NCBI RefSeq assembly: GCF_001457595.1
Contig: NZ_LN831039.1
Span: 4,620,001-4,652,000, forward strand
Source of the DNA: Mycolicibacterium smegmatis
GTDB taxonomy: Bacteria; Actinomycetota; Actinomycetes; Mycobacteriales; Mycobacteriaceae
Direction of reading: 5' to 3'
Length of the DNA: 32,000 nucleotides
Below are positions 29,337-32,000 of the stretch, piece by piece. A model generated the notes under the pieces. The model was not told where the DNA came from, did not search any database, and saw nothing but the letters and a program-made list of their open reading frames with translations. The stretch's first letter is position 1. Every line of letters begins with the position of its first letter. A program made the translations under genes and the position numbers.

Positions 29337-30880
29337 TCATGATGGGGGCGGCTTGTTCCGTTCGGAAAGGTAGGCCTGGTTGCGGGCGCGCTCGTTGTTG
29401 ATCTGGCGGGCCCGCTGCGCTGCGCGGGTGAGCCGGCGCCGCGGCATCATCACGCCCCGCTGCCCTGAATCCGAACGTGGTGGGGGCGGTGGCAGCGCCG
29501 AGGTGGTGGTGTCCCACTGCGGAAACACCCACCGGCTGCCCGGCACGGTGATATGGGTGCGTCCGCTGGGCATCGTCCACACCACCCGGCCATCGGGCAA
29601 CTGCCGATCGACAAAGCCCGCCCAGAAAGTCTTGACCAAATGGTGAATCCGACACAGACACTTGGTGTTCGACGCGTGCGTGGCCCCACCCGGGAACGGT
29701 TCCGTATGGTCGATATCGCAGAACTCCGCCGGGCGGTCACATCCCGGGAAGCGACACGTCAGATCCCGCATCCGCACAAACGCCGCCAGGCCCGCCGACG
29801 GCCGGTAACCAATCTCGGCGGCCACCGAAGGCTCGCGCAGCTCCTTGACCTTCGCCCCCGAGGCGATCAACTGGGCGACCCACGGTGCCGGCACGATCCC
29901 ACCCCCGACGATCACCGCGGTGGCACGCTGCGGTGAGAATGCCGGCGCGCGTGCGGGCCCACCACCGGGCTCCGGCTCCGGCTCGGAAGTGGAGGCGGCC
30001 TCGGACTCGGCGTCGATGATGGGAATCGGGTTGCCCGCATCATCGCCGTTGACATAGGATCCGGCTTCGCATCGAGCACCGGCCGCTCGGCGAACACGTA
30101 CACCATGGTGTTGGCCGCTCGCGGATCCGTCCCGGCGGCCGGGCAGTCGGGACTGGCGCACAGGCACGCCAGCCGATCCCCACCGACGGCAATCACGCCC
30201 ATCGCATCCGAACGTCGCTGCCCCGCTGTCCGCGGATCATCGACGCAGACCCCGGCCACCAATTGCGCGATCCTCTTCAGGTACGCCTCTCTGTCGGTGA
30301 CGAGCACTCGCCCGTATATCGATGCCGTCCCCGTCTCGTCATCCGGCTTACCGAACCGGACGTCACGATCCCGCGCCGCCTGCCTGGTGCGCCGCACCGC
30401 GGCCGGATCGTACTTCTCCAACAGGCTGTCGACACTGCGCTCCAACGCGACCACCGACATCGGCCCGAACTCATGAACGCGCGACGCCAGCTCTGCATCC
30501 ACGACCGCCCACACCCGCGCATCGGTCACCAGCTGCGTCCGCCACGTCAACGTCTCCACCACCCGCGTACTCACCGCGCCCCGGGCGAACAACGCCGCCA
30601 CCCGCGGCAATCGCTCACGCAACGCCTCGGCGATCCGCATCTCCTTGGACGCCGCCCGGTGCCCGATGTTCATCGCTGCGCCCACCTCAGCAGCCGTAGC
30701 GTCCCAGTCATCACAGGCCCACGACACCACCGCGTCCTCCGAGGGCGCCGCTCGACGCGATGCCAGTTCAGCGATGAACGCCAACCGCCGCGCCGCAGCC
30801 GCCGACTCCGCGCGCGACTCAACCTCGATACCGGCAACCAGTGCCTGATCGTCGAGGTCTTCGAACATACGTTCGATCAT
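29337..30880 (-). pseudogene. DUF222/HNH endonuclease (REP13E12-family) gene split by a frameshift near 30050-30080
   Basis: The DUF222 part ([39 protein letters not shown]..., from the ATG at 30880) is in one frame. The HNH part (..[43 protein letters not shown]..., ending at 29337) is in another. The two frames overlap at 29912-30167. Confidence 0.65.
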
Positions 30881-30977
30881 GCCAGAGGCCACCGACAAGC
30901 AGCGTGCCCGCCAAAGAGCCTGCCCGACTCGTCGGTTTCCGGCGTGTCCGATGGCCCGAATTGGTACCAAGGACAGC

Positions 30978-31838
30978 ATGATCGAGGTCACCCTGCTGGG
31001 AACCGGAAGTCCCATCCCCGATCCCGACCGGGCCGGACCGTCGACGATGGTCCGCGCAGGCGGGCAGACGTTCCTCGTCGACTGCGGCCGTGGTGTACTG
31101 CAGCGACTGGCGGCCGCCGGGTCGTCAGCCTCGCAGCTCAGCGCGCTGCTCCTGACACACCTACACAGCGACCACATCGCCGATCTGGGCGACGTGATCA
31201 TCACGCGCTGGGTGAGCACGTTCACCCCCGACGCCCCACCATTGCCGATCATCGGCCCGCCGGGAACCGCGGAGGTCGTCGAAGCCACGCTCAAGGCATT
31301 CGGACACGACATCGGCTACCGCATCGCCCACCACGACGACCTCACCGCGCCCCCACCGGTGGAGGTCCACGAACACACCGAGGGCGTGGTGTGGGATCGC
31401 GACGGTGTGGTGATCCGCGTGGGCCCCACCGACCACCGGCCCGTGACGCCGACGATCGCCTTCCGTGTCGAGCACGCGGACGCATCGGTGGTGGCGGCCG
31501 GTGACAGCGTGCCGTGCGCGACACTCGACGCCCTGGCCACCGGAGCGGGGGCCCTCATCCACACCGTGATTCGCAAAGACATCATCGAAACGCTTCCGCA
31601 GCAACGCATCCGCGACATCTGCGACTACCACTCGTCGGTGCAGGAGGCCGCGGCCACCGCGGCGCGGGCCGGGGTCGGCATCCTGATCCTCACCCACTAC
31701 GTCCCGGCCATCGCCCCAGGCACCGAGGACCAGTGGCGAGAACTGGCGGCCACCGAGTTCGACCGGCAGATCGAGGTCGGCGCGGATCTGCACCGCGTGG
31801 AAGTGCACCCGGGCGTGTGCGTCAAGCCGGTCGGGTGA
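30978..31838 (+). CDS. rnz: Metallo-beta-lactamase-fold hydrolase, ribonuclease Z-like (Rv2407-like)
   Basis: The track ORF was trimmed to the ATG at 30978 ([22 protein letters not shown]), with AAGGA upstream. The HxHxDH motif is [13 protein letters not shown]. The position and N-terminus match mycobacterial rnz as I recall it. Confidence 0.78.
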   Translation: MIEVTLLGTGSPIPDPDRAGPSTMVRAGGQTFLVDCGRGVLQRLAAAGSSASQLSALLLTHLHSDHIADLGDVIITRWVSTFTPDAPPLPIIGPPGTAEVVEATLKAFGHDIGYRIAHHDDLTAPPPVEVHEHTEGVVWDRDGVVIRVGPTDHRPVTPTIAFRVEHADASVVAAGDSVPCATLDALATGAGALIHTVIRKDIIETLPQQRIRDICDYHSSVQEAAATAARAGVGILILTHYVPAIAPGTEDQWRELAATEFDRQIEVGADLHRVEVHPGVCVKPVG

Positions 31839-32000
31839 TCAGGCCGGAGAGAGCATCTTGTGCACCGTGAGCGCAACGGTGATCGGCAGCAGGTGTTGCG
31901 GATCCCCGAGGTCCGCGCCGGTAAGGCGCTCGATCCGCTCAAGGCGGTAGTACAGCGACTGCCGTCGCAGGTGGAGCCGTTTGGCGGCCTCCGCCTTGCT
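31839..32000 (-). CDS. PucR/CdaR-family transcriptional regulator, C-terminal HTH part (runs off the window end)
   Basis: My minus-strand translation is SKAEAAKRLHLRRQSLYYRLERIERLTGADLGDPQHLLPITVALTVHKMLSPA*. This is the typical PucR C-terminal helix-turn-helix (..LH.HRNTL.YRL.RI..L.G.DL.DP..). The stop is at 31841-31839, one base after the rnz stop. Confidence 0.7.
   Translation of the reverse strand, partial: SKAEAAKRLHLRRQSLYYRLERIERLTGADLGDPQHLLPITVALTVHKMLSPA

Noticed and set aside
1-32000. Search for CRISPR arrays, tRNA/rRNA genes, integrases or prophage borders, and defence-system signatures (large ATPase/nuclease pairs, retrons, CBASS-like genes).
   Set aside because: I saw no regularly spaced repeats, no cloverleaf-like or rRNA-like low-coding stretches, and no ORFs with such motifs. 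The only mobile or nuclease elements are the IS110 copy and the frameshifted HNH/DUF222 gene.

Overview
This is a high-G+C actinobacterial chromosome segment. By gene order and protein motifs it looks like a fast-growing Mycobacterium/Mycolicibacterium. No searches were run, so every family call rests on motifs I can read in the translations and on recalled synteny.

The backbone is the conserved mycobacterial segment cysT-subI / GH15 trehalase / LppR-type lipoprotein / lepA / Rv2405-like / CBS protein / rnz. It appears interrupted by three accessory blocks.

(A) 4157-18472:
- A Cys-less TQXA (thioester-domain-like) protein.
- Divergent from it, a two-gene Family 2A encapsulin shell plus cysteine-desulfurase cargo operon.
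- A SAM methyltransferase and an MDR oxidoreductase.
- A minus-strand organosulfur-scavenging operon: two DszA/NtaA-type flavin monooxygenases, an APC permease, a double GNAT and an SfnB/DszC-like oxidoreductase.
- An IS110/IS900-type insertion sequence splits that operon exactly at the permease ribosome-binding site.
- A GAF protein.

(B) 22702-27653: a cobalamin-riboswitch-led FecBCD/BtuFCD-type ABC importer with two tandem paralogous lipoprotein binding proteins, a small membrane ORF and a GNAT.

(C) 28277-30880: an aldo/keto reductase and a frameshifted DUF222/HNH (REP13E12-type) gene.

The most interesting items:
- The encapsulin nanocompartment system and its unexplained TQXA neighbour.
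- The IS110 element, which has a candidate bridge-RNA leader and a promoter that would be assembled only at the circle junction.
- The compact B12 riboswitch controlling a dual-binding-protein transporter.

No rRNA, tRNA or CRISPR array was seen. Many long alternate-frame and antisense ORFs in the track are GC-bias artefacts.
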